This document shows, in pieces, positions 27,398-37,166 of a DNA stretch of 64,000 nt. The stretch's first letter is position 1. Each line of letters begins with the position of its first letter. The notes beneath the pieces were generated by a model that did not search any database, had not been told where the DNA came from, and saw only the letters and a list, made by a program, of their open reading frames with translations. Source of the stretch: Candidatus Omnitrophota bacterium (GTDB lineage Bacteria; Omnitrophota; Gorgyraeia; 2-01-FULL-45-10). The stretch covers positions 3,715 through 67,714 of the forward strand of contig JAQVUX010000008.1 of NCBI GenBank assembly GCA_028699255.1. The letters run 5' to 3'. Made by a program: the position numbers and the translations under genes.

Positions 27398-29731
27398 TTA
27401 AAATCCTCTGCTCATACTGAAATACACCTGACCTTCCCGCTTGTCCTCATGATTCTTGCTGAGCGGATAGCCATAATCAACCTTAACCGGCCCCAGCGGC
27501 GTCTTGACCCTGACACCGACGCCGACGCCGGCCTTGAACTGCGACGCCTCGTCGGCAAAATCGCCTATCTTTCTCCACACGTTTCCTACATCGTAAAAGA
27601 CCGCTCCTTTAATAATCTTCTCATATACCGGGAATGTAACTTCCGCATTACCTATGAGTAGCGCATTACCGCCTATCGGATCATTGGAAGCGCTATCTCG
27701 AGGGCCGACATATCGTTCTCTGTATCCGCGTATCGTATTTGCGCCGCCGGCGTAGAACCTTTCGTATATCGGAACATCGTTACTGTTACCATATGCGTCC
27801 GCAAAACCCATCCGCGCTTTGCCTTCTAAAACTATTTTGTCGAAAATGGTATAGTATATGCTCGCCGACGCGGTACCCTTCCAGAAATTCTTATCTCCGC
27901 CGAATACGCCGCCGGCATCTTCTATGGTGCCGTTGATCACATATCCTTTGGACGGAGTATAAATATTATCCCTGGTATCCTGAGTTACCCCAAACGTCAT
28001 ACTGGAAATAATGTTACTGCCTTCTTCGTCTTTCATGTCCTGCGAAACATTGGAGTCAAGATTCGATATCTTTACATCTTCGACACGGTAATATATATCT
28101 CCTCTAAAGGTATCCGTAAACTCTTTCCCGACTTTAAGATCGCCGCCCGTCCTGGTTTCATCATACGACCATCCTACGTCGGAATCCTTATCATGCGAAG
28201 TCCTGTATACGTCGAACCCTCCGAGAAACGGGAAACCGAATATCCACGGATCGGACCATCCTATATTATAATTCGATCTGACCATACCTATCTCGCCCTT
28301 GATCGTCAGGCTCTGGCCGCCGCCGGTAAACGTCGGGAAGTTCAGGATATCGAAGTTTCTCTGTGTTATCTCCGCGAAGCCCATCAACATATCTATGGAA
28401 CTGTATCCACCGCCGAAGGAGAACTCGCCCGTCTTGGTCTCTTTTACATTAACCACGAGATTCTGCACATTCGGGTCTTCGGTCGGCTCGGTATCAAAAC
28501 TGACGTTTTCAAAGAATCCAAGATTATACAACCTCTCTTTTGAACGGCGTATTTTATCCCCGCTGAATTTATCGCCCGGGAAAAGCCTCAACTCTCTTCG
28601 CACGACAACGTCGCGCGTTTTAAGGTTGCCGCGGACATCTATCTTACCCACATAGACTACCTCTTTCGGGTCAATATTATATGCTATGTCTACACTGCTG
28701 GTCTGTGGATTGAGGTTCTTCTCGACATCGATTATGACATTCATATATCCGTATTTATAATAGAATTGCCTGATGGAAAAAATATCCTCGCGCAAAGCCC
28801 TTGTAGAAAACGGCTTGCCCTTCTTCATAAATATATTTTTTCTGACTTCTTTTTCCGGATAGACGAGCGCGCCGGAGAATGTTATGTCGCCGACCAGATA
28901 CTGCTTGCCCTCTTTTACCTCGATATCTACGGCAAGAACCCTGCCCTCCTCGGAGTGATCGAGATGAGGTATGACTTCCGCATCCATAAATCCTATATCG
29001 TCATAAAGAGCTTTGATCTTATCGATATCGTCCTGTAACGTCTCCTCGTTAAAAACGCCGGGATTGAAAAGCCATGCGGGCTTAGTCCCTAATATCCGTT
29101 TTATCTCTTTCGTCTTGACGGCTTTATTGCCGGAGATCTTTACGCTCGCGACTTTGACATGCAATTTTTCGTCGATGGCAATCGTGATCACGGCTTTATT
29201 GGTTTCTTTATCCGTATCGATCGTATACTTTACGTCAACCTGAGGGTACCCCTTTTTCACATACATAGCTTTTATTTCACTGATGTCCTGGGCTAAAAGC
29301 GAAAGGTTGAGCATTTCATTCGGCTTCGATTTCATGCTTGTCTTAAGTTTCTGCGGCCTGAAAACGTTATTACCTTTAAATACGATATCGTCTATTACGG
29401 GTTTTTCCTCGACGACAAAAGCTACGGAGACCCCGCCCGCAGAATCCTCCACATCTATGGATATATCGGTAAAATACTGCGTTGCGTACAGTTTTTTAAG
29501 GTCGTCATTCAAGACCTCCTGGCTGAACTTGTCGCCCGGCTTGGTCCTTATCTTCGACAGGATGGTTTCAGCGCTGATCGTCTTGTTGTTACGAACGCTT
29601 ATTGCCGTTATGGCCTTGCCCTCATTAGTAACGGGCGGCTGGTCATTATCTGAATACGCCGCAGTCGTTATAAAAAGAAGTAAAAATGCGGCAGACGTAC
29701 GGACAATTAATTTTTGGTATATCGCTATCAT
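27398..29731 (-). CDS. bamA: Outer membrane protein assembly factor BamA
   Basis: 777 aa, POTRA repeats plus C-terminal beta-barrel ending in F. Confidence 0.9.
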   Translation of the reverse strand: MIAIYQKLIVRTSAAFLLLFITTAAYSDNDQPPVTNEGKAITAISVRNNKTISAETILSKIRTKPGDKFSQEVLNDDLKKLYATQYFTDISIDVEDSAGGVSVAFVVEEKPVIDDIVFKGNNVFRPQKLKTSMKSKPNEMLNLSLLAQDISEIKAMYVKKGYPQVDVKYTIDTDKETNKAVITIAIDEKLHVKVASVKISGNKAVKTKEIKRILGTKPAWLFNPGVFNEETLQDDIDKIKALYDDIGFMDAEVIPHLDHSEEGRVLAVDIEVKEGKQYLVGDITFSGALVYPEKEVRKNIFMKKGKPFSTRALREDIFSIRQFYYKYGYMNVIIDVEKNLNPQTSSVDIAYNIDPKEVVYVGKIDVRGNLKTRDVVVRRELRLFPGDKFSGDKIRRSKERLYNLGFFENVSFDTEPTEDPNVQNLVVNVKETKTGEFSFGGGYSSIDMLMGFAEITQRNFDILNFPTFTGGGQSLTIKGEIGMVRSNYNIGWSDPWIFGFPFLGGFDVYRTSHDKDSDVGWSYDETRTGGDLKVGKEFTDTFRGDIYYRVEDVKISNLDSNVSQDMKDEEGSNIISSMTFGVTQDTRDNIYTPSKGYVINGTIEDAGGVFGGDKNFWKGTASASIYYTIFDKIVLEGKARMGFADAYGNSNDVPIYERFYAGGANTIRGYRERYVGPRDSASNDPIGGNALLIGNAEVTFPVYEKIIKGAVFYDVGNVWRKIGDFADEASQFKAGVGVGVRVKTPLGPVKVDYGYPLSKNHEDKREGQVYFSMSRGF

Positions 29732-31098
29732 GCATTCTCCATGTCTACGCTTACGAACTCTTCGCTCTTCGGCGCAAGATTTTCGAATCTCATATACTCG
29801 CCCAGGAATGCCAGGTTAAGGCTTCCTACCGGACCGTTTCTCTGTTTCGCGATTATAACTTCCGCTACGCCTTTATTCTCTTCGGTAGCATTATAATACT
29901 CTTCGCGTAAAAGTAACAACACTAAATCCGCGTCCTGCTCTATAGCGCCGGACTCCCTTAAATCCGAAAGCTGGGGCCTGTGGTCGGAACGCTGTTCCAC
30001 CGCGCGCGAAAGCTGGCTTATCGCGATAAGCGGCACGTTAAGTTCCCTTGCGAGAGCCTTCAATGACCGCGATATCTCCGATATCTCCTGTTGTCTATTG
30101 TCGGTTCTCATGGGGCCCTGCATCAGCTGGAGATAGTCTAAGACGATGAGTTTAATGTCGAACTGCGCCTTCAGCCTGCGGGCTTTGGCGCGTATCTCCA
30201 ATACCGTCGAGCCAGGCGAATCGTCGATATATATCGGCGCTTCCGAGAGTTTCCCGGCGGCGCTTACTAAACGCGGCCAGTCTGCCTGCGACAAAAATCC
30301 AGTCCTGACTTTATGGGCATCGACCCTGGCGTGCGAACATAGCATCCTCTGGACAAGTTGTTCTTTTGACATTTCAAGCGAGAAAAACGCCACCGGCTCC
30401 TTCTCTACGACACCGATGTGCTCGACTATGCATGAGGCCAAAGCGCTCTTACCCATCGACGGCCGCCCCGCTACAACTATAAGATCGGACGGCTGAAAAC
30501 CGGCGGTCTTTATGTCAAGATCCCTGTAACCTGTGGCAAGGCCTGTTATATGCTCTTTTCTCTGATAAAGGCTGTCTATCGTCTCGATGGAATTCTTGAT
30601 AATTTCACGCAGGGGCGAGAAACGCGATTCTACTTTTTTGGAACTTACGTCGAATATAAGTTGTTCGCTTCTATCGAGGATGGTATCAATATCTTGCGAG
30701 GTATCGTAACAACTGGAAACTATCTGGGTTGCCGTAGAGATGAGATTTCGGAGAAGCGCCTTCTCTTTGACTATCTTCGCGTAGTGAACAAAATTCGCGG
30801 TCGTAGGTACGCTTGAGGAAAGTCCCGTTATGTAGGCCGGTCCGCCCACATCGTCGAGAGAATTGGTTTTTCGCAGTTCTTCGATGAGCGTTATAATATC
30901 GACGCCTTTGTTCTCATCGAATAGTTTAAGTATGACAGAATAGAGTTTCTTATGCGCCTCTTTGTAAAAATATGAGGCGTTAAGCGTCTCTATAGCCTGC
31001 GATATGGAATCGCGATCCAACAGCATCGAGCCGAGTACTGCCATTTCGGCCTCGATGCCCTGAGGCGGTAGTTTTTCGATAGCGTCTTGTGCGGGCAT
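29728..31098 (-). CDS. dnaB: Replicative DNA helicase
   Basis: GRPSMGKSA Walker A, 456 aa. Confidence 0.9.
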   Translation of the reverse strand: MPAQDAIEKLPPQGIEAEMAVLGSMLLDRDSISQAIETLNASYFYKEAHKKLYSVILKLFDENKGVDIITLIEELRKTNSLDDVGGPAYITGLSSSVPTTANFVHYAKIVKEKALLRNLISTATQIVSSCYDTSQDIDTILDRSEQLIFDVSSKKVESRFSPLREIIKNSIETIDSLYQRKEHITGLATGYRDLDIKTAGFQPSDLIVVAGRPSMGKSALASCIVEHIGVVEKEPVAFFSLEMSKEQLVQRMLCSHARVDAHKVRTGFLSQADWPRLVSAAGKLSEAPIYIDDSPGSTVLEIRAKARRLKAQFDIKLIVLDYLQLMQGPMRTDNRQQEISEISRSLKALARELNVPLIAISQLSRAVEQRSDHRPQLSDLRESGAIEQDADLVLLLLREEYYNATEENKGVAEVIIAKQRNGPVGSLNLAFLGEYMRFENLAPKSEEFVSVDMENA

Positions 31099-31104
31099 TA
31101 TACC

Positions 31105-31548
31105 CTATTTTTTAATGATGGAAACTTTTAAGCTTACCTTGATTTCAGGATGGAGCTTTACAACAACCTGATGCTCGCCCAACTTTTTGATGTGCTCTTC
31201 CAAAATTATACTACGCTTATCTATCTTCACACCTTCGGCGGCAAGCGCTACGGTAATATCCTCACCGGATACGGAGCCGAACAGTTTGTCTTCCTCTCCG
31301 GCCTGGGCCGCTATGCTCACGGTAAGCGCCGTCAACTTATCCGCCAGCACTTTCGCGGCGGCAAGTTCTTTGGCGTCTTCCACTGCCTGCTTCTTTTTCA
31401 GCAACTCCAATATCTTCATATTGCCGGCTGTGGCTTCCTGGGCCGCGTTTTTCGGTATCAGGAAGTTTCTGGCAAAACCCTCTTTGACATTGACTACATC
31501 GCCTGCCTTACCCAGCTTATCTATGGCTTTTAAAAGTATAACCTTCAT
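31105..31548 (-). CDS. rplI: 50S ribosomal protein L9
   Basis: MKVILLKAIDKLGKAGDVVNV. Confidence 0.85.
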   Translation of the reverse strand: MKVILLKAIDKLGKAGDVVNVKEGFARNFLIPKNAAQEATAGNMKILELLKKKQAVEDAKELAAAKVLADKLTALTVSIAAQAGEEDKLFGSVSGEDITVALAAEGVKIDKRSIILEEHIKKLGEHQVVVKLHPEIKVSLKVSIIKK

Positions 31549-31567
31549 GATTATAAACCTCTTTCGC

Positions 31568-31852
31568 TTATTCCGCTACGAACGGTAATAAAGACATTAC
31601 CCGCGCTTTCCTTATAGCTTTGGCAAGTTGCCTCTGGTGCTTCGCGCAATTGCCGGATATTCTCGACGGGACTATCTTGCCGCGCTCTGTAAGGAATTTC
31701 TGGAATCTCAAATACTCTATGTAATCGAGATTTTCCACTTTATCCGCGCAAAATCTGCACGGCCTCTTTTTAAAAACCTTTTTCTTTGAAGGATCCTTTT
31801 TGACCCTTTTCTTTTCAGGCTTGCCAAACGGTTTATTGAACGGCTTAAACAT
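31568..31852 (-). CDS. rpsR: 30S ribosomal protein S18
   Basis: CRFCADKVENLDYIEYLRFQKFLTERGKI. Confidence 0.85.
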   Translation of the reverse strand: MFKPFNKPFGKPEKKRVKKDPSKKKVFKKRPCRFCADKVENLDYIEYLRFQKFLTERGKIVPSRISGNCAKHQRQLAKAIRKARVMSLLPFVAE

Positions 31853-31910
31853 CGTTATCTCCCTATTTTTCTCATATCAAACAAACTACAAACTACCGAT
31901 CATAACAACC

Positions 31911-32387
31911 TTAAAACGGTACTTCCTCGTCCTGCGGGCCCGACGCCTCTTTTTTAACATTACCGGGCGCTTGAGCGGCATGCTCATCATTAAGATTTAT
32001 CGTTTCCATTTCGTCGGCGGAAGAAGCCGTGGCGGGCTCTTTGGCCGCTTTCCCGCCGGCGCCTTTAAGAAACTGTATATTATCCGCGATAACTTCGACT
32101 GTGTTGCGCTTCTGCCCGTCCTGCGTTTGCCAATCTCTCGACTGGAGGCGGCCTTCGACAAAGACAGGGCTACCCTTAGACAGGTATTCTCCGCAAACTT
32201 CCGCCCTGCGCCCCCATACTACTATGCGTATGAAAGACGTCTGCTCCTTTTTCTCGCCTGCCTGATCCTTATATACCCTGTTAACTGCAACAGTAAACGT
32301 AGCGACCGCCGATCCGCTCGGGATATAACGCAGTTCGGGGTCTCTGGTCAGATTGCCTATTAACAGCACTTTGTTTAAATTTGCCAT
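31911..32387 (-). CDS. ssb: Single-stranded DNA-binding protein
   Basis: OB fold, acidic tail ending EEVPF. Confidence 0.9.
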   Translation of the reverse strand: MANLNKVLLIGNLTRDPELRYIPSGSAVATFTVAVNRVYKDQAGEKKEQTSFIRIVVWGRRAEVCGEYLSKGSPVFVEGRLQSRDWQTQDGQKRNTVEVIADNIQFLKGAGGKAAKEPATASSADEMETINLNDEHAAQAPGNVKKEASGPQDEEVPF

Positions 32388-32398
32388 TCGACCCTCTC

Positions 32399-32680
32399 TT
32401 ATCGCTTCGTCACCATAAGGCGTAAAATATCGGCATTGAGCCGGTAGCCGGCCTCAAGCTTAGCTATAGCGGCCGCAGGTGAAGTGAATTCAAGCTTAAA
32501 ATAGTAACCTTCCTTGGCTTTATTTACAGGATAAGCGAGCTGTTTTTTGCCCCAATTATCTTCTTTTATTATAGTGCCGCCGTTCTTTATGACAGAATCG
32601 GTTATCGTTTTAGTGGCGGTTTTAAGCTCCTCTTCTTTAAGCTCCGGCCGTATTATGAAGAGTATTTCGTAATTATTCAT
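32399..32680 (-). CDS. rpsF: 30S ribosomal protein S6
   Basis: MNNYEILFIIRP. Confidence 0.85.
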   Translation of the reverse strand: MNNYEILFIIRPELKEEELKTATKTITDSVIKNGGTIIKEDNWGKKQLAYPVNKAKEGYYFKLEFTSPAAAIAKLEAGYRLNADILRLMVTKR

Positions 32681-32748
32681 CGTGTTCTATTCTCCTTATT
32701 TTATGTAGATTACCATACGGGATTTAATAAATCAAAGGATATTTCCTT

Positions 32749-33327
32749 TTACGATGTGCCGATCTTCCTTTTATTGAATTTGGTCATAGCCACCTCAATG
32801 CCATCCTCCATCATACAGATAATGGCGTCTTTTGCCATGGCCACCACATGCAGTACATTTTTATGCTCTTTATGTTTGAAAGGGCTCAAAACGTAGTTTG
32901 TTATATCGCCTTTATGCACTTCCGTAGCTATGCCGACCCGGAGGCGGGTAAAATCATCCGTTCCCAGGGTGCTTATTATAGATGCCAACCCTTTATGCCC
33001 TCCCGAAGAACCGGATGGTTTCAGACGGATACGGCCGAGCTCTATGTTTATATCGTCGCAGATTACTATAAGCTCGCTCATATCCTTCATTTCACGGCCG
33101 CAAACTTCACCGGCGGCTTTGCCGGACAAGTTCATATATGTCTGCGGCAGGACGAGTATGGCTTCCTCTTTGCCTATCCTCCCTTTACCGGCAACGGAAA
33201 ATTTTAGCTTCTTATTAAGCTTTATCCCGTTCTCTTTGGCAAGGGCCATGACAACCTCAAAGCCGATATTATGCTTTGTGCCTTTATACTCCGGACCCGG
33301 ATTACCCAACCCCACTATTATTTTCAC
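32749..33327 (-). CDS. pth: Peptidyl-tRNA hydrolase
   Basis: IIVGLGNPGPEY...HNIGF. Confidence 0.9.
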   Translation of the reverse strand: MKIIVGLGNPGPEYKGTKHNIGFEVVMALAKENGIKLNKKLKFSVAGKGRIGKEEAILVLPQTYMNLSGKAAGEVCGREMKDMSELIVICDDINIELGRIRLKPSGSSGGHKGLASIISTLGTDDFTRLRVGIATEVHKGDITNYVLSPFKHKEHKNVLHVVAMAKDAIICMMEDGIEVAMTKFNKRKIGTS

Positions 33328-33330
33328 GCG

Positions 33331-34047
33331 TTATTTCTTCTCTTCTTTCTTTTCCGCCGGCTTCGCAGCTTCCGCCGGTTTTGCCTCCTCGCCCTCGAGA
33401 GCGCCCTCCTCCTTCTTCTTCCTTATGAGCTCCGGCTCAACGGCACCTTCGGCGCCCGCTTCAGCCGCGGCGACCTCGACCTTAGGCGGTTTCACGATCA
33501 TCGCTATCAATTCCTTGTCGTTAAGCACTTTAATACCTTCCGGCACTACTATATCTTTAACATGTATCGCATCGCCTATTTTGAGGTTGGCAACATCTGC
33601 CTCTATCTTCTCAGGAATAGCGGTCGGCAAACATTCGATCTGCAATTCGCGTATAACGTGCTCGAGAATGCCGCCATCCACTTTTACGCCAACGGGCTCG
33701 CCACGCGCGACGAGCGGAACGTTCACTTTTAAAGCCTCAGTGAGCGATATCTCGTTAAAATCAACGTGCAGGATATAGTCCCTAACCGGATCACGCTGTA
33801 TCTCTTTAACAACCACCGTCTTGTCCTTACCCGCGGCTTCTCCTGTCATTTTCAGCGTTATAATTACGTTCTCGCCGGCTTTTGTGTGCAAAATACTCTT
33901 CAACTCATCCGCCGCAACCTGAAGACTCGTAGCCCCCTTGCTTCCTTTGTAGACATTGGCAGGGATAAGCCCCTTTGCCCTGAGGTCTTTTGCTATCTTT
34001 TTCCCGGCCCCGGTCCTTACTTCCGCTTTCAATATTATCTTTTCCAT
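33331..34047 (-). CDS. rplY: 50S ribosomal protein L25 / general stress protein Ctc with Lys/Glu-rich tail
   Basis: L25 beta-barrel N-terminus; 238 aa. Confidence 0.8.
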   Translation of the reverse strand: MEKIILKAEVRTGAGKKIAKDLRAKGLIPANVYKGSKGATSLQVAADELKSILHTKAGENVIITLKMTGEAAGKDKTVVVKEIQRDPVRDYILHVDFNEISLTEALKVNVPLVARGEPVGVKVDGGILEHVIRELQIECLPTAIPEKIEADVANLKIGDAIHVKDIVVPEGIKVLNDKELIAMIVKPPKVEVAAAEAGAEGAVEPELIRKKKEEGALEGEEAKPAEAAKPAEKKEEKK

Positions 34048-34082
34048 TGTAACTTCACTCCTTGGTTTTTAACGCGATTGCA

Positions 34083-35024
34083 TCAGCTAAACAGAACGCT
34101 TATCGATTCTTCCTCGTGGATCCTCTTTATGGCCTCGCCCAGAAGCGAGGATACGGACAGGACTTTTATCCTGTCGAGTTTCTTCTCTTCCGGTAAAGGT
34201 ATCGTGTCCGTAACTACAAGCTCCTTTAACTGCGATCTCTTAATCCGCTCTATCGCCGGTCCGCACAGCACCGCGTGAGTAATGGCCGCGTAGACGTCCT
34301 TAGCGCCTGCCTTTTTAATAGCGTCGACCGCTTCGACCAATGACCCGGCCGTAGCGACCATGTCGTCGGTTATCACCGCGTTCTTGCCTTTGACGTCACC
34401 CATTATATGCATGACTTCCGCTTTCTGATCATTCACGCGTCTTTTGTCAACAATGGCGAGCGAGCATTTAAGCCGCTTCGCATATGCCCGTGCCGTCTTT
34501 ATGCCTCCGACGTCGGGAGAGACTATGACAAGATTTTTGTCGAGCTTGAGTTTCTTTATATATTCGGCAAATATCGTAAAAGCGAAAAGATGGTCGAGCG
34601 GTATGTCAAAGAAGCCCTGTATCTGGCCGGCGTGCAGGTCGATCGTGAGTACCCTGTCCGCTCCGGCGACGGTTAGCAAATTCGCAACGAGCTTCGCCGT
34701 AATGGGAACCCTCGGCTGGTCTTTCCTGTCCTGCCTGGCATATCCGAAATACGGCAGGACTGCCGTTATTCTCTGGGCGGATGAACGCTTAAGCGCGTCT
34801 ATCATTATCAATAGCTCCATCAGGTTCTCGTTGGATGGCGAAGATGTCGGCTGGATCACAAAAACATCATGTCCGCGGACGTTGGCGTTTATCTTGGCGC
34901 GTATCTCGCCGTCGGAAAAATGATCGACCGCGGCATCCGCCAGTTTAACCTTCAGGAATTTACAGATATCTTCCGCAAGCTTCTTATTGGAATTGCCGCT
35001 GAAGATCAAGAGATTATTTTTCAT
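34083..35024 (-). CDS. prs: Ribose-phosphate pyrophosphokinase
   Basis: PRPP-binding VITDDMVATAGS. Confidence 0.9.
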   Translation of the reverse strand: MKNNLLIFSGNSNKKLAEDICKFLKVKLADAAVDHFSDGEIRAKINANVRGHDVFVIQPTSSPSNENLMELLIMIDALKRSSAQRITAVLPYFGYARQDRKDQPRVPITAKLVANLLTVAGADRVLTIDLHAGQIQGFFDIPLDHLFAFTIFAEYIKKLKLDKNLVIVSPDVGGIKTARAYAKRLKCSLAIVDKRRVNDQKAEVMHIMGDVKGKNAVITDDMVATAGSLVEAVDAIKKAGAKDVYAAITHAVLCGPAIERIKRSQLKELVVTDTIPLPEEKKLDRIKVLSVSSLLGEAIKRIHEEESISVLFS

Positions 35025-35038
35025 CTATCTTCCCCTTA

Positions 35039-36292
35039 TTATTTGCTTTTTTTATATACTCTCGCCGGCACTCCCACCACAACCGCGCCCGGCGGAACAT
35101 TATGATTCTTCGGCACAACCGCTCCCGCGCCGACAGTAGCGCGCTTGCCTATCCTGAGGGGCGCTATCAGCACGGCACCGACACCTATAAATGCGCCGTC
35201 GCCTATTATTGTGGCATTCTTCGATTTACCGTCGTAATTTGCCGTTATCGTACCGGCACCGATATTGACATTCCTGCCTAATTGGGCATCGCCGAGATAC
35301 GTATGGTGTTTTACCTTAGTTCCGTCGCCTATCTTCGTCCTGTTCACCTCGACGAAATTACCCACCTCTACGTTATTGCCTATTCTAACATGCGGGCGTA
35401 TTCTCGCAAACGGGCCTATACAGCACCCTGATCCTATCTCCACATCCGACTCTATTACCGTATTCGAGCGTATAATCGTATCTTTCCCGATCTTTGCCCC
35501 CGGGAATATCGTCGTCGAGAAAGGATCTTCTATCGTTACGCCGGATAACATCAATTCCGCGAGAAAACGTTTTTTTAAGATCGCCGCGGACTCCGCCAAA
35601 TCTATCCTCGTATTCACACCGACCCCCTCACCCGGATCGTCGGTCTGGAACGACTCTATCATTTTACCGGCATCTCTTAAGATGGCTATCGTGTCGGTAA
35701 GAAAAACCTCTTTCTTCTTATTGTCGGGGCGAACGCGTTTTAACGACTGGAATAATTCTACGGCCTTAAAGCAGTATGTACCGACATTTATCTCGTTTAT
35801 GCGCCTTTCGGAATCGGAAGCATTCTCTTTCTCCACGATCCCCGTGACCCTGCCGATAGCGTCCCTGGTTATCCTGCCGTAACTTCCCGGATCATCGAGT
35901 TTGGCCGTAAGAATAGTCGCGGCCGCGCCTGATGAGACGTGCTTTGCAATAAGTTTTTTTATCGTCTCCGCGCGGATAAGCGGCGTGTCCCCGCATATCA
36001 CAAGAACGTCGCCCGAATAATTTTTAAGCGCGCTATGCGCGGAGAGCACGGCGTCGCCGGAGCCCAAGAGCTTCTTCTGTACCACGATACGCGCGTCTTT
36101 AACGGTTTCGCGCAAAAGATGACTGCCGTAACCGGCCACCACGATAATACCGGACACCCCCGCATCGCCGACGGAATCAAGCACATACTCGATCATCGGC
36201 TTACCCAGGATCGCATGCAAAACTTTGGGCTCGTCCGACTTCATCCTCGTGCCCCGTCCTGCCGCAAGTATAACAGCTTTTATTTTAGTCAT
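35039..36292 (-). CDS. glmU: Bifunctional GlcNAc-1-P uridyltransferase / GlcN-1-P acetyltransferase
   Basis: AVILAAGRGTRM plus C-terminal hexapeptide repeats. Confidence 0.9.
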   Translation of the reverse strand: MTKIKAVILAAGRGTRMKSDEPKVLHAILGKPMIEYVLDSVGDAGVSGIIVVAGYGSHLLRETVKDARIVVQKKLLGSGDAVLSAHSALKNYSGDVLVICGDTPLIRAETIKKLIAKHVSSGAAATILTAKLDDPGSYGRITRDAIGRVTGIVEKENASDSERRINEINVGTYCFKAVELFQSLKRVRPDNKKKEVFLTDTIAILRDAGKMIESFQTDDPGEGVGVNTRIDLAESAAILKKRFLAELMLSGVTIEDPFSTTIFPGAKIGKDTIIRSNTVIESDVEIGSGCCIGPFARIRPHVRIGNNVEVGNFVEVNRTKIGDGTKVKHHTYLGDAQLGRNVNIGAGTITANYDGKSKNATIIGDGAFIGVGAVLIAPLRIGKRATVGAGAVVPKNHNVPPGAVVVGVPARVYKKSK

Positions 36293-36294
36293 CT

Positions 36295-36450
36295 TTAATG
36301 AGCTTTTCTTATTTTACGTCGCATGCTTTTTTGATGATCCGTCAGCACCATATCAGCCAATTCGTTCATTAGCCTGATACCTTCCAACTTCTTTTCGGGC
36401 GATATCTTGAGAGCTCTTAAAATTCTTTCTTTTTTTGTTTCCCACCCGAA
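36295..36450 (-). CDS. Unannotated 51-aa ORF (MKFGWETKKERILRALKISPEKKLEGIRLMNELADMVLTDHQKSMRRKIRKAH) packed between nucleotidyltransferase and glmU
   Basis: Hand translation. Zero gap to the upstream gene stop and 2 nt to the glmU ATG. Below the track length cut-off. Confidence 0.3.
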   Translation of the reverse strand, partial: FGWETKKERILRALKISPEKKLEGIRLMNELADMVLTDHQKSMRRKIRKAH

Positions 36451-36452
36451 TT

Positions 36453-36962
36453 TCATCTCAGGCTCCTTGCCTGTTTAATCATTTTTGCATCCTCTAAATC
36501 CTTATCCCTGCCCGCGGATGTTTTCATCTTTATAAAATCTTCCGGAGAAACAATAGTGATTTCCAATCCTTTTATTTTAACTTTTAAAGCGTTCTTTATA
36601 GCATTACCATAGCTGACAGGAGAGTCTATAACTATATCAACCTCTTCATAGCTTCTCTCCCCCTTATAAAAATTAAACGCTTTCATGTTTTTATTCTTAA
36701 CCCATCCTTCACGAATTTTTTTATCGGCTATACCCATCGGGTCGATGGGTTGCTTCACATGGTAGCCTGCATTTTTTAATACCTTGACTATTTTACGAAG
36801 ATTCACGTCCGTCATCTCAACAATGACGTCCATATCGAGAGTATTCCTCGCTCCTCCTAAAAGATTAAATGCCATACCTCCTACGAGGATGTACTTCACT
36901 TTTTCTTTCTGGAACGCCCGCAATATTTCCTCATAAAGTATCATAATATCGCCGTCCACCAT
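36453..36962 (-). CDS. Minimal nucleotidyltransferase-fold protein (GG...DMD motif), 169 aa
   Basis: ILVGGMAFNLLGGARNTLDMDVIV resembles the NTase hG[GS]...DxD motif. Starts 7 nt from the tRNA-Gln 3' end. Confidence 0.5.
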   Translation of the reverse strand: MVDGDIMILYEEILRAFQKEKVKYILVGGMAFNLLGGARNTLDMDVIVEMTDVNLRKIVKVLKNAGYHVKQPIDPMGIADKKIREGWVKNKNMKAFNFYKGERSYEEVDIVIDSPVSYGNAIKNALKVKIKGLEITIVSPEDFIKMKTSAGRDKDLEDAKMIKQARSLR

Positions 36963-36969
36963 CGAACCA

Positions 36970-37043
36970 TGGTTGCCCAGCTAGGATTCGAACCTAGACC
37001 CTCAGCTCCAAAGGCTGGTGTGCTACCATTACACCACCGGGCA
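36970..37043 (-). tRNA. tRNA-Gln (anticodon TTG)
   Basis: rc TGCCCGGTGG...cTTTGga...GGTTCGAATCCTAG...GGGCAACCA; anticodon stem fits best with loop CTTTGGA. Confidence 0.8.
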
Positions 37044-37166
37044 ATGATTACAAATAATAAGAACCATTATCCCGCCAAGCATTAGACTCTGGGCGGGACC
37101 CCGCCCCGAGTTAGATAAATGGCGGGGCACCACCGGGCAGTAAACTCCAGATACGAACCACTAATC

